Counted from the first letter of the stretch, positions 9,191 through 17,540 are shown. The stretch is DNA of 64,000 bases from an uncultured Gammaproteobacteria bacterium (GCA_964437285.1 CAYTGF010000002.1:3543-67542); one strand, 5' to 3'. The notes: generated by a model from the letters alone, not told the origin. Numbers and translations: made by a program.

Positions 9191-10448
9191 ATTTGGTGAA
9201 TTGGTCGAGGAGGTTTTCTGTTTTTATCAGCGTCGCTTCTGCTTCGTTGCGACGTTTTACTTCTGCGGCGCCTTCGGCGAGGGTTTTTTCCGAGAAGAGG
9301 ACGCGGATTGGGAGACCAAGAAGGTCTGCGTCGGCGAGTTTTTCGCCTGGCGAGGCGTCGCGATCATCCCACAAGACTTCCGTTTTTTGGGCGAGAAGTT
9401 CGTCGTAGAGTTCTTGCGCGGCCGCATCGATGCGCGCTTGCGATTCTTCTGTTTTGCCCTTGAGCGTGACCAAGTGCACACGAAATGGCGCGACGGATTC
9501 AGGCCACACAATCCCACGCGCATCGTGACATGCTTCCACAATGGTTCCGACCAAACGACTCACACCAATGCCGTAGCATCCCATGATCACCGGCTGCTTG
9601 GTGCCGTCTTCGGCGGTGTAGGTCATGCCAAACGCTTCGGTGAACCGCGTTCCAAGCTGGAAAATATTTCCGACTTCGACGCCCTTTTGCCATTCGAGTC
9701 TCTCCGTTGGATGATCTGGACAGGCATCACCCTCTTTTAACGTCGCGACTTCTTGGTTTTGTCCGTATTTCCAGGAAGGCGAGGTGAGAATCAGATCTTC
9801 TCCCGCATTCGTGAGCACCTGAAATTCATGCGAAAACTTGTCAGAAAAGATCCCTCCGGACGCTTCGACGATTTTTACACGAGTTCCACAACGTTCGAAG
9901 ACACGAACATACGCCTCGATCACCCGTTTGTAGTACGCGTCGAGGTCTTCTTGCGTACGATGAAACGAGTACATGTCCTTCATCACGAATTCACGACCAC
10001 GAAGCACACCGCTCTTTGCACGGAGCTCATCACGAAACTTCGTCTGAATTTGATACACACAGGTAGGCAAATCTTTGTACGATTGCACATACGACTGCAC
10101 GAGCGGCGTCACGATTTCTTCATGAGAACACCCAAGCGCGTACTCTTTTCCGGTCTGAGAAGGCACTTTAAACAAAATATCCACGGTATCCCAACGCCCG
10201 GTGGTGATCCAGTGCTCTTTTGGCTGAAGGGCGGACATGAGAATCTCCTGTGCGCCCACGACGTTCATTTCTTCACGCACAATCGCCTCTACCTTGCGCA
10301 ATACACGAAGCCCCAGCGGCAACCAAGAATATACTCCCGCCATTTCCTGACGCACAAATCCTCCTCGCAGGAGGAGCTGTGCATTGATAGATTCCGCGTC
10401 CTGAGGCGCGGAACGAAGGGTCTTCACCCCAAGACTTCGATATCGCAT
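9189..10448 (-). CDS. proS: proline--tRNA ligase (short form)
   Basis: 419 aa. N-terminus RYRSLGVKTLRSAPQDAESINAQLLLRGGFVRQEMAGVYSWLPLG, class II motifs, anticodon-binding C-terminus. Confidence 0.93.
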   Translation of the reverse strand: MRYRSLGVKTLRSAPQDAESINAQLLLRGGFVRQEMAGVYSWLPLGLRVLRKVEAIVREEMNVVGAQEILMSALQPKEHWITTGRWDTVDILFKVPSQTGKEYALGCSHEEIVTPLVQSYVQSYKDLPTCVYQIQTKFRDELRAKSGVLRGREFVMKDMYSFHRTQEDLDAYYKRVIEAYVRVFERCGTRVKIVEASGGIFSDKFSHEFQVLTNAGEDLILTSPSWKYGQNQEVATLKEGDACPDHPTERLEWQKGVEVGNIFQLGTRFTEAFGMTYTAEDGTKQPVIMGCYGIGVSRLVGTIVEACHDARGIVWPESVAPFRVHLVTLKGKTEESQARIDAAAQELYDELLAQKTEVLWDDRDASPGEKLADADLLGLPIRVLFSEKTLAEGAAEVKRRNEAEATLIKTENLLDQFTK

Positions 10449-10491
10449 ACCCCCGGAGTGTAGGGAATACGAGCGAAAAGCTCAAGCCGAC

Positions 10492-11394
10492 CTATTTTTC
10501 CTGAAACCGCTCGATCGTCCAACGGAGGAGGGCGTCATTAGGTATCAGACCGTGTGCTGTAAAGAGATAGTTCTGTTCCCGACCAAATACCTCGTACGAA
10601 ATACTCCCGCCTTCACAGCCACGATCCTCAAGCCGCAGCGCTCTAAACGTCCCGATACGAACGATGTCGGTTGGTATTGCTCGACGACCGCGCGATCCAC
10701 ACCACTCTTCGCCAACAAAACTGTCCTCATCCGCAAGGGCCTCCGCCTCTGTTCGCTTGTCTGCTGACCTGAAGTCGATCGGTCGCTGAACTCCTACCAT
10801 CTCATTCTCTAAGTGTGTGATGGGACCAAACACGGTAAACACGCCCTCCTCTCCCCCGGAGAGCTCGTACGGGCGAACGCCAAAGCGTGCATTTCCCCAA
10901 TGAACATCATAAGGCACCGTCAGAACGTACCCTTCTTGATCAACGCGGATAGGTCTAAGATTACTCAGGTCTATGCCTTCATACCAGCCCCGAGAGATCG
11001 CCAACTCTTCCGGCAAACTCCAGCCCTCCCTCACCAAAAACTCTGCGAGACCTATTGTTAAGAGCGGTCGGTGCTTCTCGTCTCTCGGAGCCAAGAGAAG
11101 CTCGGTGATATTTGCCGTGACCCGCTCTCCACTCTCGAGCTTACGACGCGCTTCTTCGAGCGTAAACAGATACCCCTGATTCACTACGGGCTCGGGCGTC
11201 GATGCAGAAGGAAGCGTGTCTCTCGTAGAAGTGGGTTGGGGATATTCCTGGTTTTGCTGTACCCATACCCTCTCCGCGTGTCGTTGAGCTCTCCATCCTA
11301 AAAACTCACCCAAGCCTACCAATGCAATGATAGGCCAGAGCATGACAACAAAAATAGCTAACGTGATTTTCAAAGAACGCGATAAAATAATCAT
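10492..11394 (-). CDS. hypothetical membrane-anchored protein
   Basis: N-terminal hydrophobic anchor from ATG 11394; the ORF extends to 11415. Confidence 0.6.
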   Translation of the reverse strand: MIILSRSLKITLAIFVVMLWPIIALVGLGEFLGWRAQRHAERVWVQQNQEYPQPTSTRDTLPSASTPEPVVNQGYLFTLEEARRKLESGERVTANITELLLAPRDEKHRPLLTIGLAEFLVREGWSLPEELAISRGWYEGIDLSNLRPIRVDQEGYVLTVPYDVHWGNARFGVRPYELSGGEEGVFTVFGPITHLENEMVGVQRPIDFRSADKRTEAEALADEDSFVGEEWCGSRGRRAIPTDIVRIGTFRALRLEDRGCEGGSISYEVFGREQNYLFTAHGLIPNDALLRWTIERFQEK

Positions 11395-11483
11395 ATAAAC
11401 ACAATGATAACACACGCGATTGACTTCCCCGTGTTTTTTGTGATAGAGGTGTGGCGTCTCTTTGTCACCGGAGGAGGTGTCGA

Positions 11484-12074
11484 ATGTTGACTCACGAGAC
11501 CTTGGAACGGATTCCGGCCATCACCCCTCACCGGGATGCGCCCGCGCTGAAACTGACCGTCACCCGGCAAACGAAGAACATGCTGGTACAACGGCACTTT
11601 CGCGGGCGATCTGTGGCTCGTGCGGGGAACTTCAAGCGCTGGGATACGATGCGCGCCTGTCTCCGAACGGTTCGGGATGATGTGGTGCGCGCGGCCATCG
11701 CCACGCTTCGAGAAATGCTTCTGAAGGAGGAGGTGGAGGGGGTCGACAGCGTCGAGCTCACCCTCCCCTACCCTGTGGGATGGGATACCGTGGCCGATCT
11801 AGGTCCAAAGAACGAGGATCTATTCGAGTATCGCTCGATTCGAGGACATCAAGCGGTGGCGTGGTTCTTTCATCCGAGAAGCCCAACCCTCGCTCCTCTC
11901 ACGAGAACCATGACGGTCGTGTACCGCATCCACCATCCTCGACGATCAAACGGGTGGACCTGCACGATTCTCACCATTCGACCAGGACCCGACCTCGGCG
12001 TCCTAAAAGGCCATGTCACTGAAAAGCTCGGTATCGCCCTCTTCGACTGGGATCATCCCGGCGTCACCCGCTAG
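11484..12074 (+). CDS. hypothetical protein, tandem paralog 1
   Basis: GGAGGAGG 6 nt upstream of ATG 11484. Shares RHF..ARAG.F..W, DSVELT, P.GW, LAPLT..TV.YR, GW.C..L..RPG.DL and HPG blocks with 12190..12777. Confidence 0.6.
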   Translation: MLTHETLERIPAITPHRDAPALKLTVTRQTKNMLVQRHFRGRSVARAGNFKRWDTMRACLRTVRDDVVRAAIATLREMLLKEEVEGVDSVELTLPYPVGWDTVADLGPKNEDLFEYRSIRGHQAVAWFFHPRSPTLAPLTRTMTVVYRIHHPRRSNGWTCTILTIRPGPDLGVLKGHVTEKLGIALFDWDHPGVTR

Positions 12075-12132
12075 CTCTTCCCGACGTCACGTCGGGATGT
12101 TTTTTAAGGAGCACGGCGGAATAAGCTTTGAC

Positions 12133-12161
12133 TTGACAAAGCCTCGTAAAACAGGTACAAT
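12133..12161 (+). promoter_or_regulatory. sigma70-type promoter
   Basis: TTGACA (12133-12138), 17-nt spacer, TACAAT (12156-12161). Confidence 0.6.
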
Positions 12162-12189
12162 TTCTCGTTCCTTCCACCAGGGAGAACCC

Positions 12190-12777
12190 ATGCTGTTGCA
12201 CCGGAGCGACCGGATTCAGACGCTCGAGAACACCACCATCACCTACCTGATTGGCGATCGGGAACGGAATCTTCTGCTCAAGCGTCACTTTTCTGATCCC
12301 GGCGCCGCCCGCGCCGGGAGCTTTCGTGACTGGGGGTCCATTCACCGCGCCTTCTACGCGCTGCACACGGAGCTCGAGCCGCACGTCATCGAGACGGCGC
12401 AGGAGGTCGCCCTGGGCAGCACCGGAGCGGAAGGCGACGAGCCCGACAGCGTGGAGCTGACCTTCGGACGTCCGATCGGTTGGTCCTGTACGCGGCTTCT
12501 GAACGCGTTCAGCGGAGAGCGGTTTGACATCGTCAAGTTGTCCGCGCGTCGCACCGGTTGGATGATTCCGGAGCATCGCACGGACCTCCTCGCCCCGCTC
12601 ACCAACCAGGTCACCGTGATCTACCGCGTGTGCCGCGATCGTCACGGACCTGGGTGGTGCTGTTTTCTTCTGAATCTCCGCCCCGGCGAAGATCTCGACG
12701 CCGATGACGGTGACATGACCGAGCAGACCGGCGTCGTCTTCTACCCCTTCGGCCACCCGGGCGAACCGCTCGCGTAA
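12190..12777 (+). CDS. hypothetical protein, tandem paralog 2
   Basis: GGAGAA upstream of ATG 12190; paralogous to 11484..12074. Confidence 0.6.
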   Translation: MLLHRSDRIQTLENTTITYLIGDRERNLLLKRHFSDPGAARAGSFRDWGSIHRAFYALHTELEPHVIETAQEVALGSTGAEGDEPDSVELTFGRPIGWSCTRLLNAFSGERFDIVKLSARRTGWMIPEHRTDLLAPLTNQVTVIYRVCRDRHGPGWCCFLLNLRPGEDLDADDGDMTEQTGVVFYPFGHPGEPLA

Positions 12778-12795
12778 CACGACAAGGAGATCAAT

Positions 12796-13116
12796 ATGGC
12801 AACAACACTGTTTCTGTTTTTCCCTCCTGATCAACGCGAAGCCGCCCTGCTGGCCATTCGCGACCTCTGGCGATCACCCCTGTTTCGCTCTACGAGTCTC
12901 TCGAAAAAGGAGGGCTCTCTCGAGTACTGGTCTCGAGAGCTTACGGGGTGGGAGCATCGAACACGGACAGGACCGCAGCTGGACGGATCCCTCAAGGTCA
13001 CCATCGAGGTTCGTCCCGACGTTCGCGAGTTCAGCGAGGCGGAACTGACAGCGATTCGTTCCATCACCGCCTTCAACGTCTGCCTGGAAACACCCGAGCG
13101 TAACCAAGCGCTGTAG
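12796..13116 (+). CDS. small hypothetical protein (family A, copy 1)
   Basis: 106 aa, AAGGAG upstream; paralogous to 13420..13743. Confidence 0.5.
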   Translation: MATTLFLFFPPDQREAALLAIRDLWRSPLFRSTSLSKKEGSLEYWSRELTGWEHRTRTGPQLDGSLKVTIEVRPDVREFSEAELTAIRSITAFNVCLETPERNQAL

Positions 13117-13161
13117 ACGCCACGACCGCTAAGGAGAAACCCCCTCCCCGCTGAGGTCGCC

Positions 13162-13398
13162 ATGCTCGACGATCGTCAGCACCCGGGCTGGCTCGACGGC
13201 CTGCGTCGAAGCGGCGTCTACCTCACCCCGGCCGCGCTCCACACCTGGCACGAGCGTCGAGCGTTGGGCGAGAACGGCTGCATTATCAACATCGGCGCGG
13301 TCGACAACAGCGAGCTCGACCCCGAGATCGTCGAGTATCTGAGGGAGAACGCGCCCTACCAGACCGCGTACACCGAGCAGACCGTCACCCTGTCCTGA
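13162..13398 (+). CDS. small hypothetical protein
   Basis: 78-aa ORF, co-directional in the array, weak SD. Confidence 0.4.
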   Translation: MLDDRQHPGWLDGLRRSGVYLTPAALHTWHERRALGENGCIINIGAVDNSELDPEIVEYLRENAPYQTAYTEQTVTLS

Positions 13399-13419
13399 AC
13401 AGGACTTAGGAGCAGCATC

Positions 13420-13743
13420 ATGCCCAGCACATTCTGGTTCTTCTTCGACACAAGCGAGCGCATCGAGGCGCTCAAGGCGATCCGGGAGTTCTGGTACCTC
13501 GCTGATCCTTCCGGTCCGCCATTCGGAAGCCCGTCGGAGCTCGACTAGCCCGAGTTCTGGGCTCAGAATCTGACGCACGGCGCCTTCCGAACCCGCCTGG
13601 TGCCGGAGCGGCATCAGCTCACCGTCTTCCTGACCATCTACAGCCGATACAGGAAGTTCACCTCAGCAGAGGTGGAGCTGCTGCGCCAGATCCCTTCCCT
13701 GCTCATTCGGTTGGAGAACCCCGACAGGCACTCCAAAGAATAG
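13420..13743 (+). pseudogene. family A copy 2 interrupted by an in-frame TAG at 13546-13548
   Basis: AGGAG 7 nt upstream of ATG 13420. The 107-codon frame aligns end to end with 12796..13116 (FWFFFDTSERIEALKAIREFW vs LFLFFPPDQREAALLAIRDLW). Codon 43 is TAG. A terminator follows. Confidence 0.5.
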
Positions 13744-13746
13744 CCT

Positions 13747-13774
13747 CCCCGATGATGATTCATCGGGGATTTTC
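13747..13774 (+). terminator. intrinsic terminator
   Basis: CCCCGATGA-TGAT-TCATCGGGG hairpin plus ATTTTC. Confidence 0.65.
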
Positions 13775-13786
13775 TATGCGAGAATA

Positions 13787-13815
13787 TTGACAAAATGAGT
13801 GATTGTAGGTACAAA
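13787..13815 (+). promoter_or_regulatory. sigma70-type promoter
   Basis: TTGACA (13787-13792), 17-nt spacer, TACAAA (13810-13815). Confidence 0.55.
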
Positions 13816-13844
13816 CATTCAGTTCTTTTCCCCAGGAGACACCC

Positions 13845-14765
13845 ATGAAGAACGCCCTCAAGAACCTGTTCCAGTCGGCAACACGGAACGCCATTCGAGC
13901 GCTTCCCGACACGGTACTCCTCCATCTGATCGCCATCCGCGATGCCTGGCAGCCGCGCTCCAAGGTCACCGTGTCCGAGGTGGTGGGCGGAGATGTCCTT
14001 CGACCTGACCAGAACGGCCGGCACACGATCGAGTTCTGGACCCAACAAAGCGACCAGGGCGACCCCGTCAAGAAGAACCGCGTCGTTCTCAACCTGACGC
14101 ACAAGGTGATCGATTTCAGCCAGACGAGATACCCCTACCTCCATGACCGCCACCCAGAGGAAGGCCTCGCGGGCTGGGCGCTGGAAGGATCTCTGGTACT
14201 GCGTGCCCTTCAACCCGTGTTCGACCTTCGCCAGAAGCACCTCAACCAACTCGAGACGCGTGCACAGGCGGAGACCGGAACCGATGCACGGACGGCCGCC
14301 TTTCAGCGAGCGCTTTGCGCGCAACTGAGCGACGAGGTACGAGAAGCGTTCCTGCTCTGCCAAGGGAATACCGATCGGTTCATGGATCGTGTCAAGCGGT
14401 GCACCGATGGCGATGAGGCGCGTGCCCTGCTGCAAGAGTGCGACCGCGCCCCTGCGCCGAGCTACCGGTCCGCCGAGTTCAAGCCGCACATCGAAGAGCT
14501 GCGCTGGATCCATCCCTGCGGCCTCGAAATTGCGCGAGCGGTGCTGACGTACCCTCGACATCCAGCGGGCTGCCGCACCAATCCCGAGGTGCTCATTCAG
14601 CTCAGGATCGGCGAGTCCGGCGAAGTCTTCTTCGAGGACTTCGAGCGTCACAACAGCGTCGAAGAGGCGAACGCACAGGGGCTGATCGGAGTCTATCGGG
14701 ACACGCTTCCGCATCATCCGCAAGACGACAAGCTCAACCCCTTCGCCGACGACATCCCGGCCTGA
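13845..14765 (+). CDS. hypothetical protein
   Basis: 306 aa. AGGAG upstream, promoter and terminator on the + strand. The longer opposite-strand ORF 13638..14768 has antisense-type L/R/V/G-rich composition. Confidence 0.6.
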   Translation: MKNALKNLFQSATRNAIRALPDTVLLHLIAIRDAWQPRSKVTVSEVVGGDVLRPDQNGRHTIEFWTQQSDQGDPVKKNRVVLNLTHKVIDFSQTRYPYLHDRHPEEGLAGWALEGSLVLRALQPVFDLRQKHLNQLETRAQAETGTDARTAAFQRALCAQLSDEVREAFLLCQGNTDRFMDRVKRCTDGDEARALLQECDRAPAPSYRSAEFKPHIEELRWIHPCGLEIARAVLTYPRHPAGCRTNPEVLIQLRIGESGEVFFEDFERHNSVEEANAQGLIGVYRDTLPHHPQDDKLNPFADDIPA

Positions 14766-14769
14766 CACA

Positions 14770-14793
14770 CCCCGCTCATTGAACGGGGTTTTT
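14770..14793 (+). terminator. intrinsic terminator
   Basis: CCCCG-loop-CGGGG hairpin plus T5. Confidence 0.6.
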
Positions 14794-14801
14794 CTTTTGG
14801 G

Positions 14802-14836
14802 TAAGAATCCTTTTTATGGAGTTTTGTGAAGACTCC
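14802..14836. repeat. degenerate half-copy of the TAAGGAATC-type element end
   Basis: TAAGAATCC + TTTTTAT + hairpin GGAGT-TTTGTGAAG-ACTCC, the same layout as the left ends of elements A-D. Confidence 0.35.
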
Positions 14837-14841
14837 CAGCT

Positions 14842-14899
14842 GCGTAACACAAAACCGGCTTTAGGGCCGGTTTTGGGGTGGTGCAGCGGCTGGGAATCG
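14842..14899. repeat. 58-bp direct repeat copy 1 (tRNA-Lys 3' 21 nt plus its terminator)
   Basis: Identical to 14980..15037 except one G/C difference. Confidence 0.85.
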
Positions 14900-14979
14900 C
14901 CTCGCTGACCGCTCGGACCTGGGCGCACATAGATTTACTCACACGGTGAGTTCGATATGCGCCCGTTCGATTGCTAGTC

Positions 14980-15037
14980 GCGTAACACAAAACCGGCTTT
15001 AGGGCCGGTTTTGGCGTGGTGCAGCGGCTGGGAATCG
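14980..15037. repeat. 58-bp direct repeat copy 2 (overlaps the genuine tRNA-Lys 3' end)
   Basis: 57/58 match to 14842..14899. Confidence 0.85.
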
Positions 15038-15092
15038 TACCCAGAACCTTGGGCTTAAGAGGCCCCTGCTCTACCGATTGAGCTACCGCTGC
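15017..15092 (-). tRNA. tRNA-Lys (anticodon CTT)
   Basis: Hand-folded cloverleaf GCAGCGG..GCTC-AATCGGTA-GAGC..CTCTTAA..CTGGG-TACGATT-CCCAG-CCGCTGC-ACCA. Encoded CCA. T-loop reads TAC instead of TTC, with one G-A mismatch at the base of the anticodon stem. Confidence 0.8.
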
Positions 15093-15187
15093 ATTTACAA
15101 GCTTTTGTGCCGGTAGGATACAGGGACGAAGCTTGCTTGTCAATGGAAAAACCGGTACGCTCGCCAAGCAAGAAAAACCCCATTCAC

Positions 15188-15264
15188 GCACCCGTAGCTC
15201 AGCTGGATAGAGTACTTCCCTCCGAAGGAAGGGGTCAGACGTTCGAATCGTCTCGGGTGCACCA
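15188..15264 (+). tRNA. tRNA-Arg (anticodon CCG), copy 1
   Basis: GCACCCG-TA-GCTC..GAGT-A-CTTCC-CTCCGAA-GGAAG..AGACG-TTCGAAT-CGTCT-CGGGTGC-ACCA. Confidence 0.9.
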
Positions 15265-15270
15265 TAAAAA

Positions 15271-15296
15271 ATACGACTTATGGAGTCGTGTTTTTA
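15271..15296 (+). terminator. intrinsic terminator after tRNA-Arg copy 1
   Basis: ACGACT-TATGG-AGTCGT hairpin plus T5. Confidence 0.65.
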
Positions 15297-15337
15297 TTTC
15301 TATGAACAGAAAATGTAAAGGCTCTACCTGGTTTCAT

Positions 15338-16507
15338 TTATCGAGTCAAAAAAGATAAAGCTCTTCTTAGCCTTGAAACACCATCCGAAGAAGCAGGAAC
15401 CTGCGATGAAGCGATCTGCCGCAACTCCTCTTGAATAGAGGACAGCGTCTTATTTTGACTCAAAATACCATGTAGTTCTTTTTTAAGACGTTTTCGTATA
15501 GCATCCTTTGTAGACTCATCAAGCGTTAAATCCTGATCAAGCTCTGCTAGACGTTGAGACATTTCATGAGCGATACGCCATGTTGCCCGCGAGTGAAGTG
15601 GGCGGTGAAAGTTCGAGTTCCAGTCCGTGACCTGTGTATGAAGCTTTTGCCATGGCGGGCCGCAGTCCCCTCTGTGTCGTGGGTTAAAGATAGGATGTTT
15701 AAACGAGGAAAATGCCAAACTTTCAACCTCCCCAAACCCATCTTCATTCGGAAAGGCGTGGCGCAGAAGAAGCTCCACAAACCATTTACTAAAAATACGT
15801 GTACGTCCCGTATGCTCATAATCATCAATAATGCAGGTCTTTGCATGATGCATGCGAAGCAAAGATACATGATAGACACGAGCTACTTCGTCTAGCTTTG
15901 TAAAATACATCTCTGCCTTCGCTTCTTTATCGGAGAGACTCCTAAGAAGCGCCTCGAATAACAATGGATTCTGCGTACTTCCTAGGCTATTTCTCACTTG
16001 CTCTTTTAGCTCAGGATCACTTGATGTGGCAGCCATTCGCATTCGTTCAACGGCTCGTTCCGCAGAACGAACCTGCTCCATCAGGTCCTCTCTATGCGCA
16101 AGTTTATCGAGTTCCTGCTTAAAGGATGAAGACCAATGAGCGCAATTCTCTGGAGAGGCGAAGAGCTTTTCAATCGCGCGATTCAATAAACCAATTCCAT
16201 CCGATCGCGTGACCTCCTGGCCTATATTCATGTACGTGATGTGAGGACCTTGCTTCGTAGGATAAAGCCTGGCCCATGTTTGCCGGAAAAGTACCGTCAA
16301 CGGACGTGCGGACTTATCCAGTAAGATGAGGTTGCGAATATTTTTGTCATGAAAATACTTGACTAAGGCTTCTGCGCGTTCTCGGATACGTTTTCGCTCT
16401 TGAGGGTCGGTAAAAATTGTTCCATCTTCTACTTCCTTCTTCGCGGATAATTTTTCTGACATAAATATATGATAGAACTTTTTTAGAGTTTGATCCATTA
16501 AAAGCAT
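15338..16507 (-). CDS. phosphoribosyltransferase-like protein with a long helical insertion
   Basis: 389 aa, AT-rich. NLILLDKSARPLTVLF and a PRPP-loop-like CIIDDYEHTGRT are separated by about 150 helical residues. Confidence 0.5.
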   Translation of the reverse strand: MLLMDQTLKKFYHIFMSEKLSAKKEVEDGTIFTDPQERKRIRERAEALVKYFHDKNIRNLILLDKSARPLTVLFRQTWARLYPTKQGPHITYMNIGQEVTRSDGIGLLNRAIEKLFASPENCAHWSSSFKQELDKLAHREDLMEQVRSAERAVERMRMAATSSDPELKEQVRNSLGSTQNPLLFEALLRSLSDKEAKAEMYFTKLDEVARVYHVSLLRMHHAKTCIIDDYEHTGRTRIFSKWFVELLLRHAFPNEDGFGEVESLAFSSFKHPIFNPRHRGDCGPPWQKLHTQVTDWNSNFHRPLHSRATWRIAHEMSQRLAELDQDLTLDESTKDAIRKRLKKELHGILSQNKTLSSIQEELRQIASSQVPASSDGVSRLRRALSFLTR

Positions 16508-16552
16508 TGGGGTTATTAACGACTATGCGCTATGTTTTTGTATATTCCCCAA

Positions 16553-16577
16553 CAAAAAACCTCGCCATACAGGCGAG
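16553..16577 (-). terminator. intrinsic terminator
   Basis: Minus strand reads CTCGCC-TGTAT-GGCGAG plus a T-run. Confidence 0.6.
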
Positions 16578-16583
16578 ACAGCT

Positions 16584-17540
16584 TCAGCGCTTGATGCGTG
16601 CCTTCACGATGTCGCGGAGCTGATCGTTCGTGAGACCCGTCCCCAGGCTTCGCGACGAGCCGCCGACGATGTCCGAGCCGTTCCAGCCGGTCTGCCGCGT
16701 CAGCCCGTCGGCCGCGTTCAGATCATCGTAGATGAGCGGGAGCGGAAAGTGCGTGACCCACTTCGAGTACCGACCGATGGAACACACCCGTCGACCATCC
16801 GTACGCTCCGCGATGATGGCGATGAATGCCTTCATCCCCTTCGAAAATAGCTTGTAGCGCTCGGGGCTTCCCCAGGTTTCGCGGTAGATCGTGAAGTCGT
16901 CGTCGCGATAGAGGATATTATGCCCAAGCTCCTTGGGCTGATTGACCCTGCCACCTCGATTCATCATGAAGTCCTGAAGACGACTCGCGACCGCCACATA
17001 GTTATCACGCAGCTGATAGCCGCTTGCTCGCGCCAGTTCGCCCGACGTCCGCAGATCCATGTACGGCTCGAAGATCCAGTTGTGCTGGGCGAGTAGATCG
17101 TCGTCGAGATTCATGGGGAACGCGCCGCCCGTGATATCGAGACGATCCGTGAGAGCGAGTAGCCGGTTGAGATGGGGGATGCTGTTCGTCCCTTCGAAAC
17201 GCTCGTGATTCAGCAGAAGCCAGAGCGCGAGCGATGTGTCCTGATCCGTGTCGTTGACCCAGACTTGGATATCGCCCTTAAGCGCGTCGACCATCCCGCC
17301 CTTGATGGCGAAGTAGATCTGATTCGCCGTCGACATGGTTGCTTCACGAATCACTCCGTCGTGGTGGTCAAAATTGAAGTGCAGCGTTTCGAAGTTATCG
17401 TACGGGCCTCCACGCACCGAACCGTCGAGGGCGATCGAGTTCGGCGGCGTCAACGCCTCGAACTCTTCACGCGTCCAGCCGACCCGCGGCACGAAGTGAA
17501 TGACCCATCGATCCTTACGATACGTGACTGATTCTTCCAT
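16584..17540 (-). CDS. hypothetical protein with His/Asp-rich motifs (FNFDHHDG, VNDTDQDT)
   Basis: 318 aa, GC-rich, own promoter and terminator. The motifs suggest a metal-dependent phosphoesterase, but the motif order does not match canonical DHH. Confidence 0.55.
   Translation of the reverse strand: MEESVTYRKDRWVIHFVPRVGWTREEFEALTPPNSIALDGSVRGGPYDNFETLHFNFDHHDGVIREATMSTANQIYFAIKGGMVDALKGDIQVWVNDTDQDTSLALWLLLNHERFEGTNSIPHLNRLLALTDRLDITGGAFPMNLDDDLLAQHNWIFEPYMDLRTSGELARASGYQLRDNYVAVASRLQDFMMNRGGRVNQPKELGHNILYRDDDFTIYRETWGSPERYKLFSKGMKAFIAIIAERTDGRRVCSIGRYSKWVTHFPLPLIYDDLNAADGLTRQTGWNGSDIVGGSSRSLGTGLTNDQLRDIVKARIKR

Noticed and set aside
9072-9740. 222-aa plus-strand ORF overlapping proS
   Set aside because: It is antisense to a clearly conserved prolyl-tRNA synthetase and has no signals of its own.
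13638-14768. 376-aa minus-strand ORF, longer than the plus-strand ORF 13845..14765
   Set aside because: Its L/R/V/G-rich composition is typical of an antisense shadow in GC-rich DNA. The promoter, AGGAG SD and terminator all serve the plus strand.
14814-15191. 125-aa minus-strand ORF
   Set aside because: It spans the tRNA-Lys gene, its duplicated 3' end and the terminators, so it is not coding.
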